A stretch of 64,000 nt of DNA, taken from assembly GCA_963715985.1 (NCBI GenBank), contig CAVQSP010000011.1:352001-416000 (forward strand). Direction: 5' to 3'. Made by a program: the position numbers and the translations under genes. The DNA comes from an uncultured Thermoleophilia bacterium. GTDB taxonomy: Bacteria; Actinomycetota; Thermoleophilia; UBA2241. The notes under the pieces were generated by a model, which was given only the letters and a program-made list of their open reading frames with translations, searched no databases and was not told where the DNA came from. Shown piece after piece: positions 8,301-17,857 of the stretch (position 1 is its first letter; each line of letters opens with the position of its first letter).

Positions 8301-9878
8301 TCAGCACTCCCCTGCGTCGCGCTCGCAGGCCAGGCGGTCGCCGAGCACCTCGATGCGCCGGTCGATCTCGTCCAGCAGATCGTCGGCGGCCGCGGCCGCC
8401 AGCACACCGGCGCCGCGCAACGCCCGTACGCGGCGCCGCTGGGCGACGAGCGCGCCGATGCGATCGGCGAGCTTCTCCTCCTCCCCTTCGGCCGGTTCGT
8501 CCGCCACCGGGTCCATGCCCTCGAGCAGCACCGCCTCCTGCTCCTCGATGGGCCGCTCCAGGTGGCGGCGCTCCGCCCGCGGCAGCTGCCCCGCCTCCTG
8601 CAGCCGCTCCAGCTCCTCGTGGGCGACCACGAACCCCTGGAGCAGGGCCTCACGGCGCTTCTGCTCCTCCCGCACTCCATCGCCCACCAGCTCGAGACGT
8701 CGCACCAGCCACGGGATGGTCAGCCCCTGGCCCACCAGCGACAGCAGCACCACGCCGAAGGTGACGACCTGCAGGGTCTCCGCCCCAGGCATGTCGCTCG
8801 GCAGCGTGAGCACCAGGGCCAGGGCGACGGTGCCGCGCAGGCCGCCCCAAACCAGCACGTGCTGCCACGACCAGGGGAGGCCGCGCCCGGCCAGCCGGGA
8901 GAACGCGCCGAAGCCGTAGATGGTCACGGCGCGGGCCGCCACCACCACGACGAAGGCGATCACGACGAGGCCGGCGTGCTCGACGACGCCGTGCAGGTCG
9001 ATGCGCAGGCCGATGAGCAGGAAGATGAGCGAGTTGGCCACGAAGGCGGCGTACTCCCACACCGTGTCCATGGTCACCCTGGTCACGGGGCTCATGGACC
9101 TGCGGCGGCCGACGCTACCCAGCACGAGGCCGGCGGCCACGCAGGCCACCACGCCGGACATGCCCAGCTGCTCGCCCAGCAGGAACGAGCCGAACGCCGC
9201 GATGGTCGAGAGGGTGATCTCGATGAGGTGCTCGTCGAGGAGGTGGAGCACCCAGGCAGCGGCGTACCCGACCGCGAGGCCGACGACGAGGCCACCGCCG
9301 GCCATCCAGACGAATCGCCAGACCGCGGCCGCGGGGCCCACCGCCGCGCCGTCCACCACGGCGGCCGTGACGATGGCGAACAGCACCGCCGCCGTGCCGT
9401 CGTTGAACAGGCTCTCGGCGTCCACCAGGGTGGTGAGCCGTGACGGGACGCCGAGGCGCCGGAAGAGCGCCGTCACGCTCACGGGGTCGGTGGCCGAGAT
9501 GAGGGCGCCGAACAGCAGCGCGGCGCCCCACGCCATGCCGCCGGCGAGGTGCACGCCCACGGCCGTGAGCGCGAAGGCCACCAGCACGCCGGGCACGGCG
9601 AGGATGAGCACCCTGCGCCAGTCGCTGATGAGGTGACGCGCCTCGAGCGCGAACGCGGCCTCGAACAGCAGCACCGGCAGGAACACGTAGAAGACGAGGT
9701 CGCTGGAGAGGCTGACGGCGGAGACGTGGGTCACCAGCCCGACGGCGAGGCCGACCAGGACCAGCCCGATGGTGTACGGAACGCCGGCGCGCCGCGCGAG
9801 GATGGCCACCGCCGCGGCGATCAGCAGCAGCGCGACGAGCGCCTCTTCGATGCTGGCCGCGTTGGCTGCGAGCAGCAC
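8301..9878 (-). CDS. Na+/H+ antiporter, CPA1 family
   Basis: About 12 TM segments, FLPVLLFEAA, GALISATDPV, AESLFNDG, WGGLRG. Confidence 0.92.
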   Translation of the reverse strand: MLLAANAASIEEALVALLLIAAAVAILARRAGVPYTIGLVLVGLAVGLVTHVSAVSLSSDLVFYVFLPVLLFEAAFALEARHLISDWRRVLILAVPGVLVAFALTAVGVHLAGGMAWGAALLFGALISATDPVSVTALFRRLGVPSRLTTLVDAESLFNDGTAAVLFAIVTAAVVDGAAVGPAAAVWRFVWMAGGGLVVGLAVGYAAAWVLHLLDEHLIEITLSTIAAFGSFLLGEQLGMSGVVACVAAGLVLGSVGRRRSMSPVTRVTMDTVWEYAAFVANSLIFLLIGLRIDLHGVVEHAGLVVIAFVVVVAARAVTIYGFGAFSRLAGRGLPWSWQHVLVWGGLRGTVALALVLTLPSDMPGAETLQVVTFGVVLLSLVGQGLTIPWLVRRLELVGDGVREEQKRREALLQGFVVAHEELERLQEAGQLPRAERRHLERPIEEQEAVLLEGMDPVADEPAEGEEEKLADRIGALVAQRRRVRALRGAGVLAAAAADDLLDEIDRRIEVLGDRLACERDAGEC

Positions 9879-9912
9879 GGTCTCCTCCCCCGGGACCGGC
9901 GCCGCCGCCCGA

Positions 9913-10449
9913 CTACAGGCGGGTCATGCCGGCGAGAGCGTTCTGGAAGGCGGCCCGCGCCACGTCGTCGTGGACGCAGAACATCACGTGGCGCAGCGGC
10001 GTGCGCGGGTGTTCCTTGAGGTAGGCGACGGTCTCCGTGACCATGATGCTGGAGCACTGGTACTGGGGAAAGCCGCAGGCGCCGGTACCGAACGCGGGCA
10101 GGGCCACCGAGCGGGCGTGACACCGTTCCGCGCAGTCGAGGGCGCCGCGCGTGGCCTTGGCGATGAGAGCGCCGTTCGTCTGCGGCTCACCCTCGGTGAG
10201 CGCGACGTGGACGACCCAGCGGGCCTTGAGGCCGTGGCCGGTGGTGGCCACCGCCTCGCCGACCTCGATCGGACCCTGCAGCATGGCCTCGATCTCGATC
10301 GCCTCGCCGCCCGCGGCCTTGATGTCCGCGCCCACGCCGTGGTCCATCTCCAGCCGCGTCGACGAGAGCGTGGCGATGGCGTCCACCTCGAGCTTGGTGA
10401 TGTCGCTCTCGGCGACCTCGAGCTTGGTCTTGCGGACAGACGTCTTCAT
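9913..10449 (-). CDS. Macro domain protein (divergent)
   Basis: SDITKLEVDAI, GEAVATTGHGLKARWVVH, SVALPAFGTG..GFP. Confidence 0.85.
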   Translation of the reverse strand: MKTSVRKTKLEVAESDITKLEVDAIATLSSTRLEMDHGVGADIKAAGGEAIEIEAMLQGPIEVGEAVATTGHGLKARWVVHVALTEGEPQTNGALIAKATRGALDCAERCHARSVALPAFGTGACGFPQYQCSSIMVTETVAYLKEHPRTPLRHVMFCVHDDVARAAFQNALAGMTRL

Positions 10450-10568
10450 GGTCCTCCAGCGGGCTCCGGGCGGGTGACGGATCGCCGCGATTATACCCGC
10501 CGAGCCGGCTGCGGCGCGCCGGCAGACGGCGCCGCTGCGATAGAATCCGCGCCCGGAGGGGTGAGACC

Positions 10569-11549
10569 ATCTCGAGCACGACGCTCATCTGGGTAGGCGG
10601 CGGCTTCGCGATGGCCGCGAGCTGGGGCGTGGTCGCGGTCGTCAACAAGTGGCTGCTCGCCTACGTCCACCCGGTGCCGCTCAACTTCCTCGTGCGCGCC
10701 ATCGCCGTCGCCGGCCTGCTGCTCATCACGGTGCCGCTCACGGCGTTCCACCTGTGGCCCTACGGGTTCGGCATCGACCTGGAGAGCTTCCTCCTCATCA
10801 TCGCCTCGGCGTCGTTCACGTGGCTGGTGGGCTTCACCGCCTACACGTACGCGCTGCGCGCCGGGCGCGTGGGCATCGTCACGCCGCTCACCAGCACCGA
10901 TCCGCTGTGGGCGGCCCTCTTCTCGCTCGTGCTCATCGGCTCCGTGCTGCACATCTCCACGCTGGCCGGCATGGCCGTCACGTTCGCCGGCGTCATCCTG
11001 CTCTCCCGCTGGCTCGGCGACAGCGCCGCCGCCGCGGGGGCACCGGACGAGGTGGCGGTGGGGGCCGGCCCGGGCCGCAGCACGGCGCGGGGCCGCGAGA
11101 CGACGGCCGTGGTCGGACTCGCCCTCGGCGCGGCCGCGGCGTGGGGGCTCTCGCCGGTGCTCGTACAGATGGCCGAGGAGGCCTACGGTGCCCCCAGCGC
11201 GTTCATGATGGTGGAGAGCCAGCTGGTGGGGGCGCTCGCCCTGGGGGCGTGGATCTGGTGGCGGCGGCGCCCGCTCTTCACCCGCCGCCTGGACGCGCCC
11301 GCCCGCCGCCGCGTCGCGCTGCTGCTGCTCGCCTCCGGCGCGCTCGAGGTCGTCTTCGCGGTGCTCTTCTACCTGGTCATCGACGAACTCGGCGCCGTGC
11401 TGGCCATGCTCCTCGCCGCCACGGCGCCGGTGTTCGGCGTGGTCGCCGGCATGGTGCTGCTCAAGGAGCGGCTCAGCGCCCGCCTGGTGCTGGCGATCGC
11501 GCTCACCATCGGCGGCGTGTTCGTCGCCACGGGGGCGCAGCTGCTCTGA
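10569..11549 (+). CDS. DMT/EamA family transporter (probable ATC start at 10569; first ATG at 10611)
   Basis: Two 5-TM repeats (AASWG / AAAWG, STDPLWAA, APVFG..LLKERL); TAGAAT -10 at 10541 and GGAGGGGTGA SD. Confidence 0.85.
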   Translation: MSSTTLIWVGGGFAMAASWGVVAVVNKWLLAYVHPVPLNFLVRAIAVAGLLLITVPLTAFHLWPYGFGIDLESFLLIIASASFTWLVGFTAYTYALRAGRVGIVTPLTSTDPLWAALFSLVLIGSVLHISTLAGMAVTFAGVILLSRWLGDSAAAAGAPDEVAVGAGPGRSTARGRETTAVVGLALGAAAAWGLSPVLVQMAEEAYGAPSAFMMVESQLVGALALGAWIWWRRRPLFTRRLDAPARRRVALLLLASGALEVVFAVLFYLVIDELGAVLAMLLAATAPVFGVVAGMVLLKERLSARLVLAIALTIGGVFVATGAQLL

Positions 11550-11766
11550 CCGCCCTCGGGTGGGCAGCCCTCCGCCGCCCTCCGCCGCCCTCGAGCGGGC
11601 GGCCTCCCGGCCGCCCGCCGCCCGCCATCCTCTCGACACGAGTCGCACGCTATGTTCGCATCGCGACATTCAAGAGAAAGCACCGTTGGAAGTACCACCT
11701 ATTGAATGAGCGAGGGCGAGCATGCTTACCGGCGCGGCCGCAGCGACTCGGCCAGCGCACACAGAA

Positions 11767-11798
11767 AGGGGCGGGCGGCCTTCCGGCCGCCCGCCCCT
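11767..11798 (-). terminator. Intrinsic terminator of the sdh operon
   Basis: 14-bp stem AGGGGCGGGCGGCC/GGCCGCCCGCCCCT followed by TTCTGT on the minus strand, about 60 bp after the sdhB stop. Confidence 0.75.
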
Positions 11799-11857
11799 CG
11801 TCCTTCTCGGCCTCATTGCGCCCGGCCGCGCCCCTCAGGCGGCTCCCGGCGCCCGTC

Positions 11858-12583
11858 TCACTTCGCCTTGCCGAACAGCCTCCGCCGCACGGCCGCCATC
11901 TTGAGCCACTGGATGCCCTCCGTCGGGTTGAGCTCCTTGGGGCAGGCCTCCACGCAGTTCGTGATGGTGTGGCAGCGGTAGGCACCGCGCTCGTTGTCCC
12001 AGCCGGGCATGCGCGCTTTGCCGGCCTCGTCGCGCGAGTCCACCTCGAAGCGGTAGGCCTTGAGCAGCGCCGCCGGGCCCATGTAGTTGTCCTCGGTCCA
12101 CACCGAGGGGCAGCTGCTGTAGCAGGCGCCGCAGAGGATGCAGTCGATGGGCATGTCCAGCTTGTGCCGGTCCTTGGGCGCCTGCAGGATCTCGCGCTCC
12201 GGCGGCGCCGAGTTGCGGATGAGCCACGGCTTGACGTACTCGTACTTGGCGAAGAAGTCCGTCATGTCGCAGACGAGGTCCGTGACCAGCGGCAGGTGCG
12301 GCATGGGCTCAACGGTGATCACGTCGGCGTGCACGTGCAGCACGTTGGTCTGGCAGGCCAGGCGGTAGCGCCCGTTGATGTACATGGCGCAGGACCCGCA
12401 CACGGCGGCGCGGCAGCAGTAGCGGAAGGAGAGCGAGCCGTCCAGGTGCTCCTGGATGTAGAACAGGGACTCGAGGACGGTGATGTGCGACTCGTAGGGC
12501 ACCACGAAGTCGTCGTAGCGCGCGGTCTTGCCGTCGTCGCGGGCGGGGTCGTAGCGCTTGATGTGGAGTTTGACCTCAGGCAT
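11858..12583 (-). CDS. sdhB: Succinate dehydrogenase iron-sulfur subunit
   Basis: FRYCCRAAVCGSC, CILCGACYSSCP, CHTITNCVEACPK; start MPEVKL. Confidence 0.95.
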   Translation of the reverse strand: MPEVKLHIKRYDPARDDGKTARYDDFVVPYESHITVLESLFYIQEHLDGSLSFRYCCRAAVCGSCAMYINGRYRLACQTNVLHVHADVITVEPMPHLPLVTDLVCDMTDFFAKYEYVKPWLIRNSAPPEREILQAPKDRHKLDMPIDCILCGACYSSCPSVWTEDNYMGPAALLKAYRFEVDSRDEAGKARMPGWDNERGAYRCHTITNCVEACPKELNPTEGIQWLKMAAVRRRLFGKAK

Positions 12584-14289
12584 CAGTACACACGCTCCTG
12601 CGGCTCGAAGGTCCCCAGGGTGACGGGCTTGTAGGTGAGGTGCGGTCCCTCCCGCGTGTAGGTGGCCATCGTGTGCTTGAGCCAGGTCTCGTCGTCGCGC
12701 TTGGGATAGTCGGTGCGCGCGTGCGCGCCCCGCGACTCGGTGCGGGCGATGGCTCCGGTGGCCACGGCGAGGGCGAGGTCCATCATGCCCTCCAGCTCCA
12801 TGGTGCGCATCATGTCCAGGTTGAACACGCCGCCGGAGTTGCGCAGGCCGATGCGCGAGCAGCGCTCCTTGAGCTTGAGCAGGCGCTCCAGACCCTCGCG
12901 CATCTGGCGGTCGTCGCGGAACACGCCGAAGTGCTCCTTCATGGTGGTCGTCATCTGCTCGCGGATGTCGTAGGGGTCCTCCCCGTCCGCGCCGCGCGCG
13001 GCGAGGGCGGCCACGCGCGCCTCCGTAGCGGCAAGCGCCTCGCGGGCGGCGGCGGAGGCGTCGCCGCCGCCGGCGCCGCCCAGGAGGGCGGCGGCCACGG
13101 CGGCGCCGGAGCGCCGCCCGAAGACGATCGTCTCGAGCAGCGAGTTGCCGCCCAGGCGGTTGGCGCCGTGCACGCTCACGCAGGCGCACTCGCCGGCCGC
13201 GTACAGGCCGGGCATGACCGTGCGCCCGTCCACGTCGGTGTCGATGCCGCCCATCGAGTAGTGCTGGCTGGGTACGATGGGCACGGGCTCCTCGACGGGA
13301 TCGACGCCCTCGAAGTGGATGGCGAGGTCGCGGATGCCGGGCAGGCGCTCCTTGATGCGCTCCGCGCCCAGATGCCGCAGGTCGAGGTGCACATAGCCTT
13401 GGCCGTTGATGCCGCGGCCCTCGTTGATCTCCGTCTGGATGGCGCGCGCCGTGATGTCGCGCGGGGCGAGCTCCATGGCTTTGGGCGCGTAACGCGCCAT
13501 GAAGCGCTCGCCCTCGCCGTTGACCAGGTACGCGCCCTCGCCGCGGGCGCCCTCGCTCATGAGGATGTTGGTGGTGAGCAGGCCCGTGGGGTGGATCTGC
13601 ACGAACTCCATGTCCTCGATGGGCACGCCGGCGTGGTAGCACATCGCCGCCCCGCCGCCGGTGCTGATGATGGCGTTCGTCGTGTTGCTGTACAGGCGGC
13701 CGGCGCCGCCGGTGGCCATGACCACGGCGTCGGCCGTGAACGTCTCGAAGCGGCCGCGGATCATGTCGTAGGCCACCACGCCGCGGCAGGCGCCGTCCTG
13801 CACGATGAGGTCGGTGACGAACACCTCGATGTACATCTTCACCTGGCGCTCGTAGGCGCGCTCCACGAGGCAGTGCAGCAGGTAGTGGCCGGTCTTGTCG
13901 GCGCCGTAGCAGGTGCGGGGGAAGCCGGCGCCGCCGAAGGGCCGCTGGGCGATGCGCCCGTCGTCGAAGCGGCTGAACGGGCAGCCCCAGTGGTCCATCT
14001 CGAAGATGACGCCCGGCGCGTCCTTGGTCATCTGGATGGCGGCGTCCTGGTCGGCCAGGTAGTCGGAGCCCTTGACGGTGTCGAAGGCGTGCTTCTCGGG
14101 CGTGTCGTCGTGGCCGTCGGGGTGGTTGGCGAGCGCCGCGTTGATGCCGCCCTGCGCGGCCCCGGAGTGACTGCGCCCGGGGTGCACCTGGCTGAGGATG
14201 GCCACGTCCAGGCCGTCGGCCTTGGCCTCCACGGCGGCGCGGAGCCCTGCGAGCCCGCCGCCGACGACGATCAGCTGATGGTGCGGCAT
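12583..14289 (-). CDS. sdhA: Succinate dehydrogenase/fumarate reductase flavoprotein
   Basis: GGGLAG, RSHSGAAQGG (FAD-His), QIHPTG, SEGARGEG, HGANRLGGNSL, ESRGAHAR. Confidence 0.96.
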   Translation of the reverse strand: MPHHQLIVVGGGLAGLRAAVEAKADGLDVAILSQVHPGRSHSGAAQGGINAALANHPDGHDDTPEKHAFDTVKGSDYLADQDAAIQMTKDAPGVIFEMDHWGCPFSRFDDGRIAQRPFGGAGFPRTCYGADKTGHYLLHCLVERAYERQVKMYIEVFVTDLIVQDGACRGVVAYDMIRGRFETFTADAVVMATGGAGRLYSNTTNAIISTGGGAAMCYHAGVPIEDMEFVQIHPTGLLTTNILMSEGARGEGAYLVNGEGERFMARYAPKAMELAPRDITARAIQTEINEGRGINGQGYVHLDLRHLGAERIKERLPGIRDLAIHFEGVDPVEEPVPIVPSQHYSMGGIDTDVDGRTVMPGLYAAGECACVSVHGANRLGGNSLLETIVFGRRSGAAVAAALLGGAGGGDASAAAREALAATEARVAALAARGADGEDPYDIREQMTTTMKEHFGVFRDDRQMREGLERLLKLKERCSRIGLRNSGGVFNLDMMRTMELEGMMDLALAVATGAIARTESRGAHARTDYPKRDDETWLKHTMATYTREGPHLTYKPVTLGTFEPQERVY

Positions 14290-14299
14290 GCCGTCCTCC

Positions 14300-14668
14300 T
14301 CAGCTCACCCAGACCCAGAGGGCCCAGGTCCCGAAGATGACGGCGGCCACACCGACGAGCCACAGCACGACGTCGAAGACGCGCCGGCCACCGCTGTTGG
14401 CGAGGCCCCAGTCCAGCACGACCATGCGCAGGCCGTTGAGGCCGTGAAAGACGACGGCGAAGAGCAGCACCAGGTCGTTGGCGACCACCACGCCGGCGGC
14501 GAGGCGGTCGCCGATGTTGTCGAAGGAGAGCTCACCGATGGCGATGTAGTGCGTGAGCACCAGGTGGATCATGATCGTGACGATGACGAGCACCGCGGTG
14601 ATGCGCTGGCCCAGCCAGGGCCACATGCCGCCGCGGCTGCCGTCGACGGCTTCTGTCCTCAATGCCAT
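14300..14668 (-). CDS. sdhD: Succinate dehydrogenase hydrophobic anchor subunit
   Basis: WLGQRITA, FHGLNGLRMVVLD, 3 TM segments; position in the operon. Confidence 0.85.
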   Translation of the reverse strand: MALRTEAVDGSRGGMWPWLGQRITAVLVIVTIMIHLVLTHYIAIGELSFDNIGDRLAAGVVVANDLVLLFAVVFHGLNGLRMVVLDWGLANSGGRRVFDVVLWLVGVAAVIFGTWALWVWVS

Positions 14669-14678
14669 GCCAGCCCCC

Positions 14679-15068
14679 TCAGCCCAGGACGAACGAAGAG
14701 GCCCTGACGGCGAATACGCACAGCGCGATCGCCGCCACCAGCATGCAGACCCAGAAGACGGCCTTGTGCTGCCTGATACCCACACCGACGTCCATGAGGA
14801 TGATGCGCACCCCGTTCAGGGCGTGGTAGAGCACCGCCGCCACGAGCATGAGGTCGAGGAAGACCAGCAAGGGCCGGTCGAAGAACTCGAAGAGGTTGTC
14901 GATCGACTCCGGGCCGCCGATGCGCCCCTGGGAGATCACCCAGAGGTGGACGAACAGGTAGAAGACCAGCACCAGGCCGCTGATGCGGAAGAGCATCCAG
15001 GCCCACATGCCTATGCCCTTCCACAACCCCGCGCCGACGTTGGCCGTCTCGCGCTCCTTCACGCTCAA
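14679..15068 (-). CDS. sdhC: Succinate dehydrogenase cytochrome b556 subunit
   Basis: GMWAWMLFRISG, YLFVH, YHALNGVRIILMD; TTG start after GAGGAGG (start uncertain). Confidence 0.88.
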   Translation of the reverse strand: MSVKERETANVGAGLWKGIGMWAWMLFRISGLVLVFYLFVHLWVISQGRIGGPESIDNLFEFFDRPLLVFLDLMLVAAVLYHALNGVRIILMDVGVGIRQHKAVFWVCMLVAAIALCVFAVRASSFVLG

Positions 15069-15244
15069 GACAGGCACCTCCTCGGGTGACGCAGAGATGG
15101 TGAGACCGGGGTGAGACGCTCCCTCCGGCGACAATCGTAGCCCTTCGCAGCTGAGGCAGGCAACGGCCCCCCACGCCAGGTCCTCGCCCCCCCGCACATC
15201 TCCCGTCTGGCTCACATGCGAGACGGTCGCGGCTCGGCTGCGCG

Positions 15245-15275
15245 ATTATGATATCTGCATATCGAATCTTGACAA
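15245..15275 (-). promoter_or_regulatory. Putative sdh promoter overlapped by a palindromic operator
   Basis: Minus strand TTGTCA-N16-TATCAT(AAT); palindrome GATAT-ctgc-ATATC at 15250-15263. Confidence 0.55.
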
Positions 15276-15405
15276 GCAGCCGCGATACCGCCGTGCGCTG
15301 TGGCTCGACGCCCAGAGCGGTCCGTTGCACGCGAACGGCCGCGGCCGCGGGCGTCGTTCTGGCCGCGGCCGCGGCCACTCACGCACATCCTCCGGGCGCC
15401 CCGCG

Positions 15406-16458
15406 TCAGGTCAGGTACGCGTTGAGGGGATAGGTCCTGTACTCGGCGATCGGCTGCTTCTCCGTAGTCACGAACCCCGACTCGGCCTCCACCAGCGAGG
15501 GCAGCCGGTTCACGATGCTCGCGCACGTGTACTCCACCGTGGCCGGCTCCTTGATGCTGCAGTGCGTGTCGGGCTCCCCGAGGATGTCCCAGTCGCAGCG
15601 GTCGGTCTCTCCGGGCGCGTACACCTTGCCGATGCAGTGCGTCACGATCACCGGCCCCTGGAAGGTCTCCGTGGTGACGCAGGCGTCCATGCCGGTGGCG
15701 TATCCCTTCTTCACGGTCTCGCCGAGCGTGCTCGACACCAGGTCCTCGTGGTGGAAGGTGGGGACGAGCTCCTGGGTCTGGGCCTTGATCGTCCACCCCA
15801 TGCGCGAGACGAGCCACTCGTTGGAGTTCCACACGTAGGCCGGCAGCGCCTCGGCTTCAGCGATCTCCTTCTGGAACTGCTCGGGGCTGAGGCCGGCGCC
15901 GTGCACCTTGGCCAGGGCGATACCGTAGTCCTCCACGTTGTAGCTGATCCAGCCCTCGATCTTGTCGACCCTGTGGTGCGCCCCCGCCATCACGACGAGG
16001 AGGTTGCCCCACCACACGTCCTGGTCGCCGCAGCCGCACAGGGTGCAGCCGTGCTCCTTGGCCACCTTGTCCAGCCGGTTGGTGATGGCCGGCGCGGTCG
16101 TCCACGGGTAGAACGACTCCTCGCAGGTGGAGATGGCGTTCACCCCGTGGCGAGCGGCGCGATCGAAGTACTCCTCCATGTCGCTCATGAGGCTGGCGAT
16201 GGCGATGATGGTGGCATCGGCGTCGCACTCGGCGAAGACGGCCTCGGCATCGCTGCGCACGGGCACGTTCAACTTGAAGCCCAGACCGGCGACCTCGCCG
16301 GCGTCCTTGCCGACCAGCTCGGGGTCGTTGTCGATGGCCCCGACGATGTCGGCGCCCTTCTCGTAGAGATAGCGCAGGAAGATGCCGCCCATCTTGCCGC
16401 ACCCGTACTGGATCACGCGCAGGCGCGGCGCAAGACCACTGGCGTTCTTGCGTGACAT
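15406..16458 (-). CDS. NAD(P)H-dependent amine dehydrogenase family protein (2,4-diaminopentanoate dehydrogenase/DapB-like)
   Basis: RVIQYGCGKMG, VGKDAGEVAG, GVNAISTCEES.YPW, VNRLPSLVEAESG; ATG after AAAGGGG. Confidence 0.8.
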   Translation of the reverse strand: MSRKNASGLAPRLRVIQYGCGKMGGIFLRYLYEKGADIVGAIDNDPELVGKDAGEVAGLGFKLNVPVRSDAEAVFAECDADATIIAIASLMSDMEEYFDRAARHGVNAISTCEESFYPWTTAPAITNRLDKVAKEHGCTLCGCGDQDVWWGNLLVVMAGAHHRVDKIEGWISYNVEDYGIALAKVHGAGLSPEQFQKEIAEAEALPAYVWNSNEWLVSRMGWTIKAQTQELVPTFHHEDLVSSTLGETVKKGYATGMDACVTTETFQGPVIVTHCIGKVYAPGETDRCDWDILGEPDTHCSIKEPATVEYTCASIVNRLPSLVEAESGFVTTEKQPIAEYRTYPLNAYLT

Positions 16459-16951
16459 GAGACTGCCCCTTTCTCGCCGCTCAGGCCGGCCCGGTGCGGG
16501 CCGGCCCCTCTGCCCGGGTCGCGAACACCTCCGCACGCGCCCGGGCGATGTCGGTCTCGGTGATCTCACCCCCTCCTCAAGTCCGCTGAGCCGGGGAACG
16601 ACGCAACCCGGCGGGTCCGTCACGGACTGCCACGCTCGCCGCGGGCTCCGCACGCCGGCTTCGTTCTCGGCCGCCGGAGCTGATGCTTGCGCCCTCGACC
16701 ACGCTGTTACCGATGCGGCGGCTGCCGCCTGGTAGCTCAGAAGCGATCAGGAGCTGAGGGACCCGCGATGGCAGCACCTGCGTCCGCCGCAAGAGCACCC
16801 AGCTCGCCGTGGAGGCGCGCGCGCAGCCCCACGGCCACGCCCCGGCACCTGCCGTTTCGCGCTCCCTCTGGCTCACGACCTGCACCTCCTCGAGCGTCAC
16901 GATGACGCGAGTCGGCGACGCGGGGTGAGGCGATGCCCCCCGCTTGTCAGC

Positions 16952-17857
16952 CTAGCGCGCGCCCGTGACGGCGCACAGCGGCAGATGACGGACGGGAGGC
17001 ACAAAGATGAGCGAGCCGGCGCACCGTCGCGGCGCGTGCCTCAGCGGCCGCGGCGCCGCTTGCGCCCGCCGCGCGGGCGCTGCTTCGGCGCCGCTCCGGC
17101 GGCCCCGGCCGGGGCGCACCACCGGCACGCCCGCGTCCACGGCGGCGCGGATGCGCGCGGTGCGCAGGCGCTCCCACACGGCCAGCAGGAGCTGAGCCGC
17201 CGCGATCAGCGCCACGAGCACGGCGAGCCCCGCCGTCGAGGAGTCCAGCGCCCAGTACACGAGCACGCCGCCGGCGAGCACCAGGAACTGCAGCAGGAAG
17301 AGACGGCGCAGCGGCACCGCCACAACGGCGGCCGGCGGCATGAACGCCGCCTCGTCGCCACGCACCCAGTCCCACCAGTAGGTGAAGGCGCGCACCGCCG
17401 CGAAGGCCGCGATGAGCGCCCAGAACTGCCATTCGAAGAACGCAGCGTAGACGTCCGTCGGAGCCTCGCCGCCGGGCTTGAGCAGGCGGCCGCTGAAGAC
17501 CATGTAGAGGATCAGCAGCATGGCGAACACGACAACGAAGTACGTCTTCACGAATTCGCTGACCAGCACGCGGTCCTTGCCGGCCTCGTCGCCGCCGCCC
17601 CGCGCCTGCCGGGCGCGGAGCCACACAAAGAGACCGTCGGCGGCGCCGTCGGCGACGTAGAGAAAGGCGACGGCCAGCACGCTCCAGTCCCGCGCCAGCA
17701 CGCCCCACAGGGGCGCGAGCGATACGGCCGCGATGAGCACGAGACTTGGCGCCGCGCGCAACAGGACGGGTGCGCCGGTGCCGGCGGGCTGCGCGGCGCG
17801 CGTGTCCGCCGGCGCTGCCTGCGCGCGCGAGTCCGCCGGCGGGTCGGTGCGGGGCAT
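16952..17857 (-). CDS. Membrane protein, DUF6498-like
   Basis: APLWGVLARDWS, FVKTYFVVVF, AVPLRRLFLLQFLVL pattern; about 6 TM segments; C-terminus may be frameshifted. Confidence 0.6.
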   Translation of the reverse strand: MPRTDPPADSRAQAAPADTRAAQPAGTGAPVLLRAAPSLVLIAAVSLAPLWGVLARDWSVLAVAFLYVADGAADGLFVWLRARQARGGGDEAGKDRVLVSEFVKTYFVVVFAMLLILYMVFSGRLLKPGGEAPTDVYAAFFEWQFWALIAAFAAVRAFTYWWDWVRGDEAAFMPPAAVVAVPLRRLFLLQFLVLAGGVLVYWALDSSTAGLAVLVALIAAAQLLLAVWERLRTARIRAAVDAGVPVVRPGRGRRSGAEAAPARRAQAAPRPLRHAPRRCAGSLIFVPPVRHLPLCAVTGAR

